Source: a virus. From it: a DNA stretch of 64,000 bases. Under the pieces are notes generated by a model. The model was given only the letters and a program-made list of their open reading frames with translations. It did not search any database and was not told the origin of the DNA. Numbering within the stretch: the stretch's first letter is position 1; each line of letters begins with the position of its first letter. Location of the stretch: positions 70,002 to 134,001 of IMG/VR virus record IMGVR_UViG_3300027857_000012; one strand, written 5' to 3'. Both the position numbers and the translations under genes were made by a program. This document shows, piece after piece, positions 7,221 to 15,963 of this stretch.

Positions 7221-7299
7221 GAGCGTATTGCCCTTAGTGTCGGCGATGCTAAACGGGTTCATACCCCGGTTGATGGTTCAAATCCATCCAGTACGCTCA
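7221..7299 (+). tRNA. atypical tRNA-Met(CAU)-like RNA with 8-bp D stem and extended acceptor helix
   Basis: GAGCGTATTG/CAGTACGCTC, TTAGTGTC/GATGCTAA, CGGG-TTCATAC-CCCG, GATGG-TTCAAAT-CCATC. Confidence 0.6.
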
Positions 7300-7475
7300 T
7301 ATTTGTATGAGTGCTGTGAATTTGTCCGTTCAACTCGGACCACTCATTTCTGGGTGAAACCAGATCGTCTCCAGGTAGCAGAATGACGCGCTGAGATGCG
7401 TTGCCATTCGACTCATGTGGCAAACAATATGAGTTTTCCTTTCGTTTTATGCAGGAAGGATCAACATATAAGAGT

Positions 7476-7868
7476 ATGCGCACTGCTTCCCAACATGTTT
7501 CAGATTGGGCTTCCACCGTTGTTCGGCAATGTGGAACATGTCACTCTGCTCGTACTCTTATATTCGAGGAGAAAATATGCACACTGAGATGCGATATGTG
7601 TGAAAAGAGTATTGTTGAAACACACAATGCACCACGTCGAACATTTGAATCAATTCAAAATCCATCAGTGTTGTGTTGGTGGAATGATATTGGAGGAATC
7701 GACTGTCCAAACGTTGCGACGCTCGTGTGTTCGATTCACCCGTTTTATCATGTTTGTGATGAACATAGTGACTCATGTTATGCATGTGTTGTTGAATGGT
7801 CGAATATGTTTCCTGTAGAAAGTGCACCTGCACCTGTTGTTGATGCAATTATAATCGACCTCTTGTAG
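7476..7868 (+). CDS. Cys/His-rich hypothetical (Zn-binding) protein
   Basis: CGTC, CDMC, CSIH, CDEH, CYAC motifs. Confidence 0.55.
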   Translation: MRTASQHVSDWASTVVRQCGTCHSARTLIFEEKICTLRCDMCEKSIVETHNAPRRTFESIQNPSVLCWWNDIGGIDCPNVATLVCSIHPFYHVCDEHSDSCYACVVEWSNMFPVESAPAPVVDAIIIDLL

Positions 7869-7933
7869 CTTAATGGTCAAGCGTCAAACTGTTAATTTGA
7901 AAGATGTTCGTTCGAATCGAGCCGAGAGGGCCA
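7859..7933 (+). tRNA. tRNA-Asn(GUU)
   Basis: TCAAA-CTGTTAA-TTTGA, G73, encoded CCA. Confidence 0.92.
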
Positions 7934-8123
7934 CCTTCTTCTACATCGATCATGGTTTTGCCTATTCTCCCTGATCGTCCCAGAAGTAAAGGAGTGCGTA
8001 GTATTGCGGGCAGAGAACAGGTGCACTCGCTATTTTAAGGACACAGTATGCAGCAAAATCATCCATGGGATCATCCACCCAAGACTGAGCCTTCTGAAAC
8101 ACGAAGGCAGAAAGGTGGAATAT

Positions 8124-8276
8124 ATGCGAAAAATGTACAAGAGGAAAAGCAGATCACTCTGTTCAATGTGTAAAATGCACAAAACTGGAAGAGCATGTCG
8201 ATGGGTAGGTCGTGAACGTGAAGCCAGAATTCGATTTGCTCGAGAAAAACGATGCTATCTTGGCCCTGTCGTTTAG
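8124..8276 (+). CDS. small basic CxxC protein
   Basis: GAAAGGTGG RBS; MRKMYKRKSRSLCSMCK. Confidence 0.55.
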   Translation: MRKMYKRKSRSLCSMCKMHKTGRACRWVGREREARIRFAREKRCYLGPVV

Positions 8277-8333
8277 TGGCAGGATATCCCTCTTTCACAG
8301 GGAAGATGTCGGGTTCGATTCCCGCCAGGGCTA
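8262..8333 (+). tRNA. tRNA-Glu(UUC)
   Basis: TCCCT-CTTTCAC-AGGGA anticodon arm. Confidence 0.9.
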
Positions 8334-8351
8334 TTAATCAGAGGAGGTGTT

Positions 8352-8645
8352 ATGGAAACAGGAGGTATGTTCGAACCATCTCAATCAGTGCATCCAGAAT
8401 GTAGTCGAAAACGACAATATCGTCTCTATCGGTTGCTCCACTTGATTGAGTTCTGCCAAATGGTTGCTGTATTTGTTCTCGTAACAAATCATGCAGCAGA
8501 AATATCTGTTCTATTGTGTATATGTGCACTCTTTGTTGCACATCTAGTATGTACGATAGTCTCTTCTGAGTTGTTCGAACTGCAAATACAACAGACAAAA
8601 TACGACTCGTTTGAGCATGAAGATGAAATGTATGATTGGATGTAA
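8352..8645 (+). CDS. small membrane protein
   Basis: GAGGAGGTG RBS; two hydrophobic segments. Confidence 0.65.
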   Translation: METGGMFEPSQSVHPECSRKRQYRLYRLLHLIEFCQMVAVFVLVTNHAAEISVLLCICALFVAHLVCTIVSSELFELQIQQTKYDSFEHEDEMYDWM

Positions 8646-8649
8646 TTGT

Positions 8650-8720
8650 TCGTCTCTGGTGTAATGGTAACACGAGTGGCCTTGGACCACTTATTCTCTG
8701 TTCGAATCGGAGGAGACGAG
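8650..8720 (+). tRNA. tRNA-Gln(UUG), C33
   Basis: U1-A72, G73, AGTGG-CCTTGGA-CCACT. Confidence 0.88.
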
Positions 8721-8835
8721 TTCAGGGCAGGTGCAAAGAACACTGTTTTAAGCTTTTTTACACCTTCGGGTGTCCTTCACCATTGAACGTTGTTCTTTGG
8801 ACTGTTCTGAAAGGGAACGAGTTCGCTCGTTCTTT

Positions 8836-8920
8836 GTCTGAGTAGTGTAAGAGAAACACACCTCATGATCGGCCTTGCAAACACATTGAGGAAATAAGAG
8901 TGCAAGTCTCTTCTCAGACA
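8836..8920 (+). ncRNA. tRNA-like RNA with 21-nt anticodon loop
   Basis: GTCTGAG/CTCAGAC acceptor, GTGT/ACAC D stem, CCTCA/TGAGG stem, AAGAG-TGCAAGT-CTCTT T arm. Confidence 0.65.
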
Positions 8921-8921
8921 G

Positions 8922-9335
8922 TCGCTTTAATCACAAAGCGAACTGATCGTATCGAACAACTCAATAATAGCATCCTCGGAGGCTCTCTGTTGCAGGAGAT
9001 GCTAACGAAGTGTACCCGCACTTGGATGCTGCAGCAGAAGCAATTCTGCCCACATCGATGGGAGGAGGGCTGTCTTCTTCCAATCGAATACGATCTTGAT
9101 CACCTGAGCATGTTTAAGTGCTGTTACAGCGTGACACAGTGCTGAAGGATGCTCGCGAGGTGCCCCTGAGGGATCAGTTAGGTCGCACCTAACCACCTCG
9201 TCCATGCCACGCCCGCAACGTGGCAGATGTTCGATGAACGAACTGCGCGAGACCACTTTCGTGCACAGTAGACTTCTCTTGTGGGAAGTGGTTCCCAGAG
9301 GAGGACATTGCGGCTGGGGTCGAGTGACCCCAGTT
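8922..9335 (+). ncRNA. putative large (~410 nt) structured ncRNA
   Basis: long-range AACTGATC/GATCAGTT helix, more than 12 hairpins, GCAA tetraloop, complementary CCAC/GTGG loops. Confidence 0.6.
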
Positions 9336-9336
9336 C

Positions 9337-9409
9337 CTGGGTGTAGGATAGCAGCAAGTCCGTCTGCCCTGGGAGCAGAAGATCGAGGGTGCGAGTCCCT
9401 CCACTCAGA
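9337..9409 (+). tRNA. tRNA-Pro(UGG), C33
   Basis: C1-G72, A73, TCTGC-CCTGGGA-GCAGA. Confidence 0.85.
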
Positions 9410-9485
9410 CATGATGCTGCCACGACAGCATCAAGTGTTCTTTTCACAGTGCTTTTGACCATTGCTGTGTTGTGAAAAGAACGTT

Positions 9486-9556
9486 GCTCGTTTAAGTGAG
9501 TGGTACACTGTCTGGCTTCCAACCAGAATGCGCGAGTTCGATTCTCGTAACGAGCT
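9486..9556 (+). tRNA. tRNA-Gly(UCC)
   Basis: TCTGG-CTTCCAA-CCAGA, U73. Confidence 0.92.
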
Positions 9557-9655
9557 TTCACCCATTTCCCAATAAGTGGGTGAAACAGGCTGTCCCATCA
9601 GCCACCTATCCTTGCTATCCCTCTGGAACTACTGTGCTATTTTCAGAGGGATCGA

Positions 9656-9726
9656 CGCGGGTTAGTGGAGTAGTACCACGTGGGGTTCATAGTCCTAAAA
9701 CGTCAGTGCAAATCTGACACCCGCTA
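9656..9726 (+). tRNA. tRNA-Met(CAU), initiator-like
   Basis: C1xU72 mismatch, TGGGG-TTCATAG-TCCTA. Confidence 0.82.
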
Positions 9727-9743
9727 TATTTTAAAAGGTCGAT

Positions 9744-10043
9744 ATGCGAATTCACTACGATCATGTCGTCGGAAAATGGATGTTACTGTTTGGAGAACGT
9801 GCATTTCTCCATTCTGTCAATGAATGGAATCAATTTGGACAATCGTTTAATTGGTATACATTTCATATCTGGACGTGTGAAGTCGAGTATGATGAAATGC
9901 TTCCTGGACTTGATGTCAGGATCATTTTATTTGGTCTTGGGCTTCGATTTCGACATAATCGAAATTGGGAAGGATCGGAAGCACAGTCGATTTTTGAACA
10001 TGCGCTCAAAGAAATTCGTGAGTTGCATGAAAATGGATTATAA
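9744..10043 (+). CDS. hypothetical protein
   Basis: AAAAGG RBS; ORF fills the gap between tRNAs. Confidence 0.6.
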   Translation: MRIHYDHVVGKWMLLFGERAFLHSVNEWNQFGQSFNWYTFHIWTCEVEYDEMLPGLDVRIILFGLGLRFRHNRNWEGSEAQSIFEHALKEIRELHENGL

Positions 10044-10124
10044 GTGGCATTGGCAGAATGGTATTGCACTTGCCTGTAGAGCAAGCACCTTCGGGTACTG
10101 GGGGTTCGAATCCCTCATGTCACA
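10044..10124 (+). tRNA. tRNA-Tyr(GUA)
   Basis: CTTGC-CTGTAGA-GCAAG, variable arm with UUCG loop. Confidence 0.9.
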
Positions 10125-10126
10125 TT

Positions 10127-10302
10127 GGAGTCATCGTCTAGGTGGAAGGACAGTTACATATTCTCAGAAGATCATGCACGTATTTGTGGAGAGATGGCTA
10201 CATATCTTACATGATCTTTTGGCAGTGCGGTTCCATGAGTAGGGGCACAAAATGCCATGAGGAAACATGTGACAAACAGTCGTTCGAGTCGACTTGACTC
10301 CA
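10127..10302 (+). ncRNA. tRNA-like RNA with 107-nt structured insert replacing the anticodon loop
   Basis: GGAGTCA/TGACTCC acceptor, D arm GTCT/GGAC, GTTACAT/ATGTGAC stem, AGTCG-TTCGAGT-CGACT T arm. Confidence 0.82.
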
Positions 10303-10384
10303 TTCGGAAGTCTCCTTCCGAAATTGTTGGGACAAAGGCGCACTCATACAATAAGTGCGCCTTTCACTGAATTGAGAAATACAA

Positions 10385-10645
10385 ATGAACTCTGAAGGAA
10401 GTGTTCGCGTTGCATTCGATTTTGAACTCGGTGCATTGGATCAACTTGATCAACTTGTCGAGAAAACACATGCACCAAAACGTGCAACCGTTGTTGGAAA
10501 CGCGCTCCGTGTCTATGGACAACTTGTAAATGAAATTGATCCAGTGCGTCATCCTTGGTTCGTGTTCAAAGTTGAAGACGATCAAGGGCATCTCGTGTAC
10601 ACAATAAATATGAAAGCATTACTATTAGGTGAGAATGACGCATGA
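10385..10645 (+). CDS. ribbon-helix-helix (CopG-like) DNA-binding protein
   Basis: VRVAFDF..LDQLDQLVE..KRATVVGNALR pattern. Confidence 0.6.
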   Translation: MNSEGSVRVAFDFELGALDQLDQLVEKTHAPKRATVVGNALRVYGQLVNEIDPVRHPWFVFKVEDDQGHLVYTINMKALLLGENDA

Positions 10646-11013
10646 AACGACTTTTGCTCTTGTGTGTTTTCTGCGTCTTCGCCGTAGCATGTTCTGGTGG
10701 GCCAACACCTCAAGAAACAAGTACGACACCAACAACATGCCATGTCGCATCGACGCAACGCATTCATAATTCGACAGTCTTTTTGCAGAAATGCACAGAG
10801 AGTGATTTTGTTGCGATAAGCAATCAGCATGTTGTGCCGACAAATGTCTCATGCACAGAGACGTTAGCAACGCATGAAACGCAATTCGATATTCCTGCAA
10901 TTGAAGGGACAGGGAATACACAACTCTGTACTCTTTCAGCAAATTGGAAATCTGCCATGATCACATGGACAGATGATACACAGAATCACACAGTCACATT
11001 TTCAAATTCGTAA
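10642..11013 (+). CDS. putative lipoprotein
   Basis: MKRLLLL..FAVAC lipobox-like signal. Confidence 0.7.
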   Translation: MKRLLLLCVFCVFAVACSGGPTPQETSTTPTTCHVASTQRIHNSTVFLQKCTESDFVAISNQHVVPTNVSCTETLATHETQFDIPAIEGTGNTQLCTLSANWKSAMITWTDDTQNHTVTFSNS

Positions 11014-11039
11014 TGCAATGCATGTCATAAGAGAGTACG

Positions 11040-11267
11040 ATGCGTCGATTCGGGGAAGTAGCGTTTCCATTTCTTCTTGCTGCTTCATCATTATTACTAT
11101 TTTTTACTGTATTGTATGCATTTCTCTATAATTTCATTTATCTGTTCGTCTGGTTTCTCTGGTATTTTATTGGTGCACTGTGGCTTGTCTCATTCTTTTT
11201 CATGCTTATGACAGCAAAAGAAGAGAAACGACGAGCACAGAAGTATCATCGAAAAACGCCGAATTAG
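11040..11267 (+). CDS. small membrane protein
   Basis: two hydrophobic helices and basic tail. Confidence 0.6.
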   Translation: MRRFGEVAFPFLLAASSLLLFFTVLYAFLYNFIYLFVWFLWYFIGALWLVSFFFMLMTAKEEKRRAQKYHRKTPN

Positions 11268-11329
11268 CTCAGTGGTAGAGCACCGTTTTTGTAAATCGGA
11301 TGTCGTGGGTTCGATCCCCTCATTCGGCC
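11258..11329 (+). tRNA. tRNA-Thr(UGU)
   Basis: GCCGAAT/ATTCGGC acceptor, loop TT-TGT-AA. Confidence 0.88.
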
Positions 11330-11393
11330 TTAGAGGACGCGCCTCTTTTCACTGAAAATTGAAAATGAAAATACAATTGAGAGGAACAACATT

Positions 11394-12086
11394 TTGTCAA
11401 CACCGATTGAACCTGCTGTTCAACTTGATGTAACAACATCAATGGATGATGATGCAGATCGTGCTGGAACTATCACGAAGAAATTACTCGCGATTCGATT
11501 GCTTCGCGGTATTGTGGCTGGCACTGCAGACGTTGATGCACAGGCGAGTGATGAGCATGGGCAAGGTGGCACATTCGCCACATGGTTTGGAGGGGCGCGT
11601 GCTGGTGCGATTGGGAAAGGGCATATGCGTGAAGTGTATCCACTTGCACGTGGCGACAACGACCCCGAAGATAATGCTGGTGATCTCAATCCAAACAATT
11701 TTGATCTTATGATGCGAACCGTGCGTTGGGGTGGAAATACCTATATCATGCCGTCTGTGCGTCTTCAAATGCAACATTACAATGACGAGTTCGGATCTGG
11801 TCGTGAAGATGGCCCTCTCGATACCGAATATCAACCAATTCTTGGATTGGTGACGATTACGGATGGTGAGTTAGGTGATGGTGATCAGTTTGCCGAGTGG
11901 CTTGAACAGCAAAGTGGAAAAGTGTATGCGACGACCGTTGTGCTCGGCTTTGGACATGAACACGATCGTGCAGTGAAACAGTGGAAACAGATTGCGTTGC
12001 GCAACCCACATGTGTTTGTCATTGAAGCAGATGGATCAACAGACGCAAACGATCTGGCTGCTCAAGTGCTTGCTCGTCTTCGGTAA
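11394..12086 (+). CDS. vWA-like domain protein
   Basis: LDVTTSM (DxSxS-like), GGNT, ITDG and VLGFG MIDAS-type motifs. Confidence 0.65.
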   Translation: MSTPIEPAVQLDVTTSMDDDADRAGTITKKLLAIRLLRGIVAGTADVDAQASDEHGQGGTFATWFGGARAGAIGKGHMREVYPLARGDNDPEDNAGDLNPNNFDLMMRTVRWGGNTYIMPSVRLQMQHYNDEFGSGREDGPLDTEYQPILGLVTITDGELGDGDQFAEWLEQQSGKVYATTVVLGFGHEHDRAVKQWKQIALRNPHVFVIEADGSTDANDLAAQVLARLR

Positions 12087-12107
12087 CATACTCGCCTCTC
12101 TGTCTCG

Positions 12108-12139
12108 AGGGAAGGATCGTCGATCCTTCCCTTTTTTTT
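12108..12139 (+). terminator. intrinsic terminator
   Basis: GGGAAGGATCG/CGATCCTTCCC hairpin followed by T8. Confidence 0.85.
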
Positions 12140-12191
12140 GCGTTTAGAATCGATGAATTTTTTTATTATGTGCATATTATCATCAAAAAAT

Positions 12192-12221
12192 ATGTACTTT
12201 TTGCGCATAATATGATATAAT
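12192..12221 (+). promoter_or_regulatory. conserved phage promoter motif
   Basis: ATGTACTTTT...TGATATAAT. Confidence 0.75.
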
Positions 12222-12252
12222 TATGCTATCAAAACATGTACGGAGGAGAAAA

Positions 12253-13314
12253 ATGGTTCAAACGACACAAAATGGTGCAAGTGCACCACCAGTTGTACAT
12301 AATGCGTTACTCGATATTACGAAAGTGCCGAAGCTTGTTGGCACAGAACCCGCGAGGAAGGCACGACATTTGTTGAAAGTTGTCGAAAATACAACGATTC
12401 CACTTTACCTTATCGGACCAAGTGGTTCAGGCAAAACAGCGACAATGAAAGCTGTAGGAAAGGTGTACAGCCACACACACAAAGTGCCATGTTATTATGT
12501 ACAGCTTTCACCAGAAGACACAAAAACGTCGATTTTCTTAGGGCATCGAATTATTCGTGGCAGTCTCGAGGTTGTCGAAGGCGTGATGGCAATTGCTGCA
12601 CAGCAGAAAGCAATCGTGCTCGTTGACGAAATCACGCATTCAACACACCAGATGTTGTTGATGTTCAACAGTCTTGATGGCGGCGATTCAGTCATCACGA
12701 TTGGTGACAGAGCGATTAATGCTGATGGAATGCGTGTGATTTATGGGTCAAATGCATCGACCCATGCGGGAAATATTCGAGTTCCGCAAAGTTTTGCAAA
12801 TCGAGTTATCTCATTTGCATTTGAATATCCTGAATTTGAAGATGAATTGGTCATCGCAAAAGACATTGCACGTCGCAATTGGTTGGGGTCAACACCTCTT
12901 GATGTACCTGATGCTGTGATTACATTTCTGACATCATTCGTGCGTGAGAAACGACGACCTGATTGGCCTTTGAGTGCTAGAAATATCGCGCACGGCATCC
13001 TCCTCGCGCAGCTCGCGGAAATAAAACACCCTGAAATGAGTGCAAAAGCAAATAAGATCGCAGACTACTTCACGAAAAATCAAAACATTGCTGCGTCCAG
13101 ACAAAATATCGCAACTCGACTGCAAATTGTTGCAAAAGACGCAACGGCATTGCAGAGGCCAGAGATTGGGGAATTTCTTGAATTTGTCTCAAAGACCGGT
13201 GTTGAAGAATTTAAGCAACTCGTCCTTTCGGCAGTGAATTTTCATGTCGATATGGAAGGCATGGATGTATTCGACACGTCGCTTAGACAAGACGTGCTGA
13301 GTACAATCATTTAA
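12253..13314 (+). CDS. MoxR/CbbQ/NirQ-type AAA+ ATPase
   Basis: Walker A GPSGSGKT, Walker B VLVDE, sensor N, ANR, F.YP..E; GGAGG RBS. Confidence 0.88.
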   Translation: MVQTTQNGASAPPVVHNALLDITKVPKLVGTEPARKARHLLKVVENTTIPLYLIGPSGSGKTATMKAVGKVYSHTHKVPCYYVQLSPEDTKTSIFLGHRIIRGSLEVVEGVMAIAAQQKAIVLVDEITHSTHQMLLMFNSLDGGDSVITIGDRAINADGMRVIYGSNASTHAGNIRVPQSFANRVISFAFEYPEFEDELVIAKDIARRNWLGSTPLDVPDAVITFLTSFVREKRRPDWPLSARNIAHGILLAQLAEIKHPEMSAKANKIADYFTKNQNIAASRQNIATRLQIVAKDATALQRPEIGEFLEFVSKTGVEEFKQLVLSAVNFHVDMEGMDVFDTSLRQDVLSTII

Positions 13315-13331
13315 AATTATAAACATAAACG

Positions 13332-13361
13332 ATGTACTTTTTGTTTACTTTGTGATATAAT
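13332..13361 (+). promoter_or_regulatory. conserved phage promoter motif
   Basis: ATGTACTTTT...TGATATAAT. Confidence 0.75.
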
Positions 13362-13382
13362 TGATTTAAATGAGGTACACAT

Positions 13383-14888
13383 ATGCATCAGTCTGTGTTG
13401 AGGCCATTGCACCTCATTCGAGGTGAGAACGTCTCTCTTGAGGAGACGACTGACTTGAATGCACCAGTGGCATCGGTGTCATTTATCAAAAACGAAAACA
13501 AGTATACTATTCGAATCAATCATCCGAAAGCGAGAACACTCTACACAGCGTCGATGTTGAATGGAAAAGTATCATACAATGAATTTGTTGTGGGGCTTTT
13601 ATATCATGAAGTGTTCCACATCTTGTTCAAATCATTTGACGTTTTGTCACCGATTCCAACAGAGTTTTTCAAATTCGTGCACAATGTTCTTCTCGATGCT
13701 CAAATTGAATATCAAGGCACGTTGAAATACCCATCTGTATCAACGTATCTTCGGTGGATTTTATCAGCACTTCGACGTGATACAGATATGGTGCAGATCG
13801 AATCAATGAAGGGTGGAAGCACACTTGTTCAAATGAAGGATGATTTCTTTTACTTAGTTCGGTTTGGTGTGGTGACACCCCATATGGATCCGCATTTCCG
13901 TGACTTTCTTATTCCGCTCATTTTAAGTGCCGTTCGACTGGATGTTTCGAATGTGATGTTGGTCACGAGGGCTGTCTATGAATACTTCATGACGACAGCC
14001 GAATCGCAAGAACTTGTCACTGCAATGTCTCGACTCGCGCCAGGATCTTTTCGCCCGTTAAATGCAGGTGATCTAGAAGTGATTGGTGAAGCAGAGCAAG
14101 TGCTTTCGTCAAATCTCAAAGATGTGCTTGATGAGGTGCAGAACACGCCTGATACTGGAAAAATGCCTGGATCCGAGCTACGTGACATCAGCGTTGAAGA
14201 GAAGGATACAGCATTTTATCGGTCAACCGTTGCAAAGTATGCAGAAACGATTACACTTATTCGAAATGCATTTAAGAGGAAGCTAAATGCGGTCGGACCA
14301 TGTCCCACATTTGATGGCGACATGAATTTAGCACGTCAACAGCAAGCATATGTCAATAGTTTAACGGGTGATTCAGATCGAGATTACTTGGTCATGAAAC
14401 CCGTTGACCTTAGTGTTGATGTTGTTGTTATTCGTGACATTTCTGGATCGACTGCAGGAATTCAGAAAGAATATGCTGAAATGACCGTATGTTTACTCGC
14501 TTCTGTTCAGCAACTTCGAGGTGTCCGATCTGCGGATATCGATTTTTCGACAACAGCTGTCGCACTTCTGGATTTCGATAAATCCATTCGGGAAGCACGC
14601 TTGTTCCCACGAGCAGATGGTGGAACGAACCTTGCACCAGCGTATCAATTAGCATTGAATATGCGGTGGCAGTCAAAACGTCGTATTATCCACGTCATTA
14701 CTGACGGTGGATTTGGTGATAGTTACAAGGATGATGAAGCGAAACTGCTTGCACGAGGCGTTAAAATCTTCAAGTGGTTGTTGCTCGAGCCAAATGAAAT
14801 GGGCGGTTCGTATTCGAATGGACTTCGAAAGACGTCCGTGAGCACATTTGGTGTCGACATTGCGAAAAGTATTCTAGGAGAACTTTAA
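13383..14888 (+). CDS. HExxH metallopeptidase-like + vWA domain protein (CobT/NorD-like)
   Basis: HEVFH; DISGS, GGT and ITDG MIDAS motifs; adjacent to MoxR ATPase. Confidence 0.82.
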   Translation: MHQSVLRPLHLIRGENVSLEETTDLNAPVASVSFIKNENKYTIRINHPKARTLYTASMLNGKVSYNEFVVGLLYHEVFHILFKSFDVLSPIPTEFFKFVHNVLLDAQIEYQGTLKYPSVSTYLRWILSALRRDTDMVQIESMKGGSTLVQMKDDFFYLVRFGVVTPHMDPHFRDFLIPLILSAVRLDVSNVMLVTRAVYEYFMTTAESQELVTAMSRLAPGSFRPLNAGDLEVIGEAEQVLSSNLKDVLDEVQNTPDTGKMPGSELRDISVEEKDTAFYRSTVAKYAETITLIRNAFKRKLNAVGPCPTFDGDMNLARQQQAYVNSLTGDSDRDYLVMKPVDLSVDVVVIRDISGSTAGIQKEYAEMTVCLLASVQQLRGVRSADIDFSTTAVALLDFDKSIREARLFPRADGGTNLAPAYQLALNMRWQSKRRIIHVITDGGFGDSYKDDEAKLLARGVKIFKWLLLEPNEMGGSYSNGLRKTSVSTFGVDIAKSILGEL

Positions 14889-15505
14889 TGGACGATATCA
14901 CCGTCGTAGAACCGACTGATATTACTGTTGCAACGCAAACAATTCAGTGCCCTCATAATCGAGCACTCACCATCCGAAATGTGTTGGGAGCAATTGCTTA
15001 TTATCACAAAGATGATGATAAGTCATGTTTTCTGATGAATCGATTGGAGACTGGTGCGTCTCCAATTTTGTCAGCAATGGTTACGTCAACAGGGTTCGCA
15101 GATACGCCCGCAACAAGAGCAGCGGTTGTGACTGCCGGTGATGCTCGACAAGCGATTTATGCATATCTAAGCAAACTCACTGGACAACACCTTGCGGATG
15201 CACTGAGTCGTCTATTGGTCGTCTATTCAAAGACGACAATTCAGGATACACTCATACAAGAGCTTGTGTCAACATTTGGATTGCCTGTTGTTACGAATAT
15301 TCAAGTCATCTGTGGCGAAGATTACTCAAAGTTTCTCGAGACTCGAGGGAAGAACAAAAAACAAAAGAGTGATTACATGCATATGACGAGTCTCAAAGCC
15401 CATGATGTGCAAGTCGCAACAAAAACATATGATCATGAACGACGGCAGCGTGCACAAGATCTTCAAGATTTGCTCGATGCAAGTCGATTCACAAGGGGAC
15501 GATAA
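14888..15505 (+). CDS. hypothetical protein
   Basis: coupled to vWA gene (TAATG), AGGAG RBS. Confidence 0.7.
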   Translation: MDDITVVEPTDITVATQTIQCPHNRALTIRNVLGAIAYYHKDDDKSCFLMNRLETGASPILSAMVTSTGFADTPATRAAVVTAGDARQAIYAYLSKLTGQHLADALSRLLVVYSKTTIQDTLIQELVSTFGLPVVTNIQVICGEDYSKFLETRGKNKKQKSDYMHMTSLKAHDVQVATKTYDHERRQRAQDLQDLLDASRFTRGR

Positions 15506-15507
15506 AG

Positions 15508-15963
15508 GTGTCTAGAATCACATTGCATCAGCAATTTATTACCATGACTGAAGTTGTCGCGCTTCGAAGTTCATGCCCTCGAATGGCTGTTGGTGCAGTG
15601 ATGACAGTGCAAGGACGCATCATTTCGACTGGGTATAATGGTTCTCCAAGAGGAACAGCACACTGTGAAGATGCTGGGTGCATTGTCACGGATGGACACT
15701 GTATTCGAGCTGTGCATGCAGAACATAATGCGCTCCTGTTTGCAAACTTACAAGGTGTGTCAATGCATGAGACGATTCTCTATTGCTCACACCTTCCGTG
15801 TTGGGAGTGTCTTAAAATTATCATTCAACTGCACGTTGGTGCAGTCTGTTACCATCGATCATATAGAGATAATCGATGTGAGAAATTCGGATATACATCG
15901 CAAATTGATGCATTTCGTGCGGCGTGTATTGATGTATTTCAAGAATACCCAGTGATGATATGA
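15508..15963 (+). CDS. dCMP deaminase (ComEB-like)
   Basis: TGYNG, HAE and PCWEC zinc deaminase motifs. Confidence 0.9.
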   Translation: MSRITLHQQFITMTEVVALRSSCPRMAVGAVMTVQGRIISTGYNGSPRGTAHCEDAGCIVTDGHCIRAVHAEHNALLFANLQGVSMHETILYCSHLPCWECLKIIIQLHVGAVCYHRSYRDNRCEKFGYTSQIDAFRAACIDVFQEYPVMI

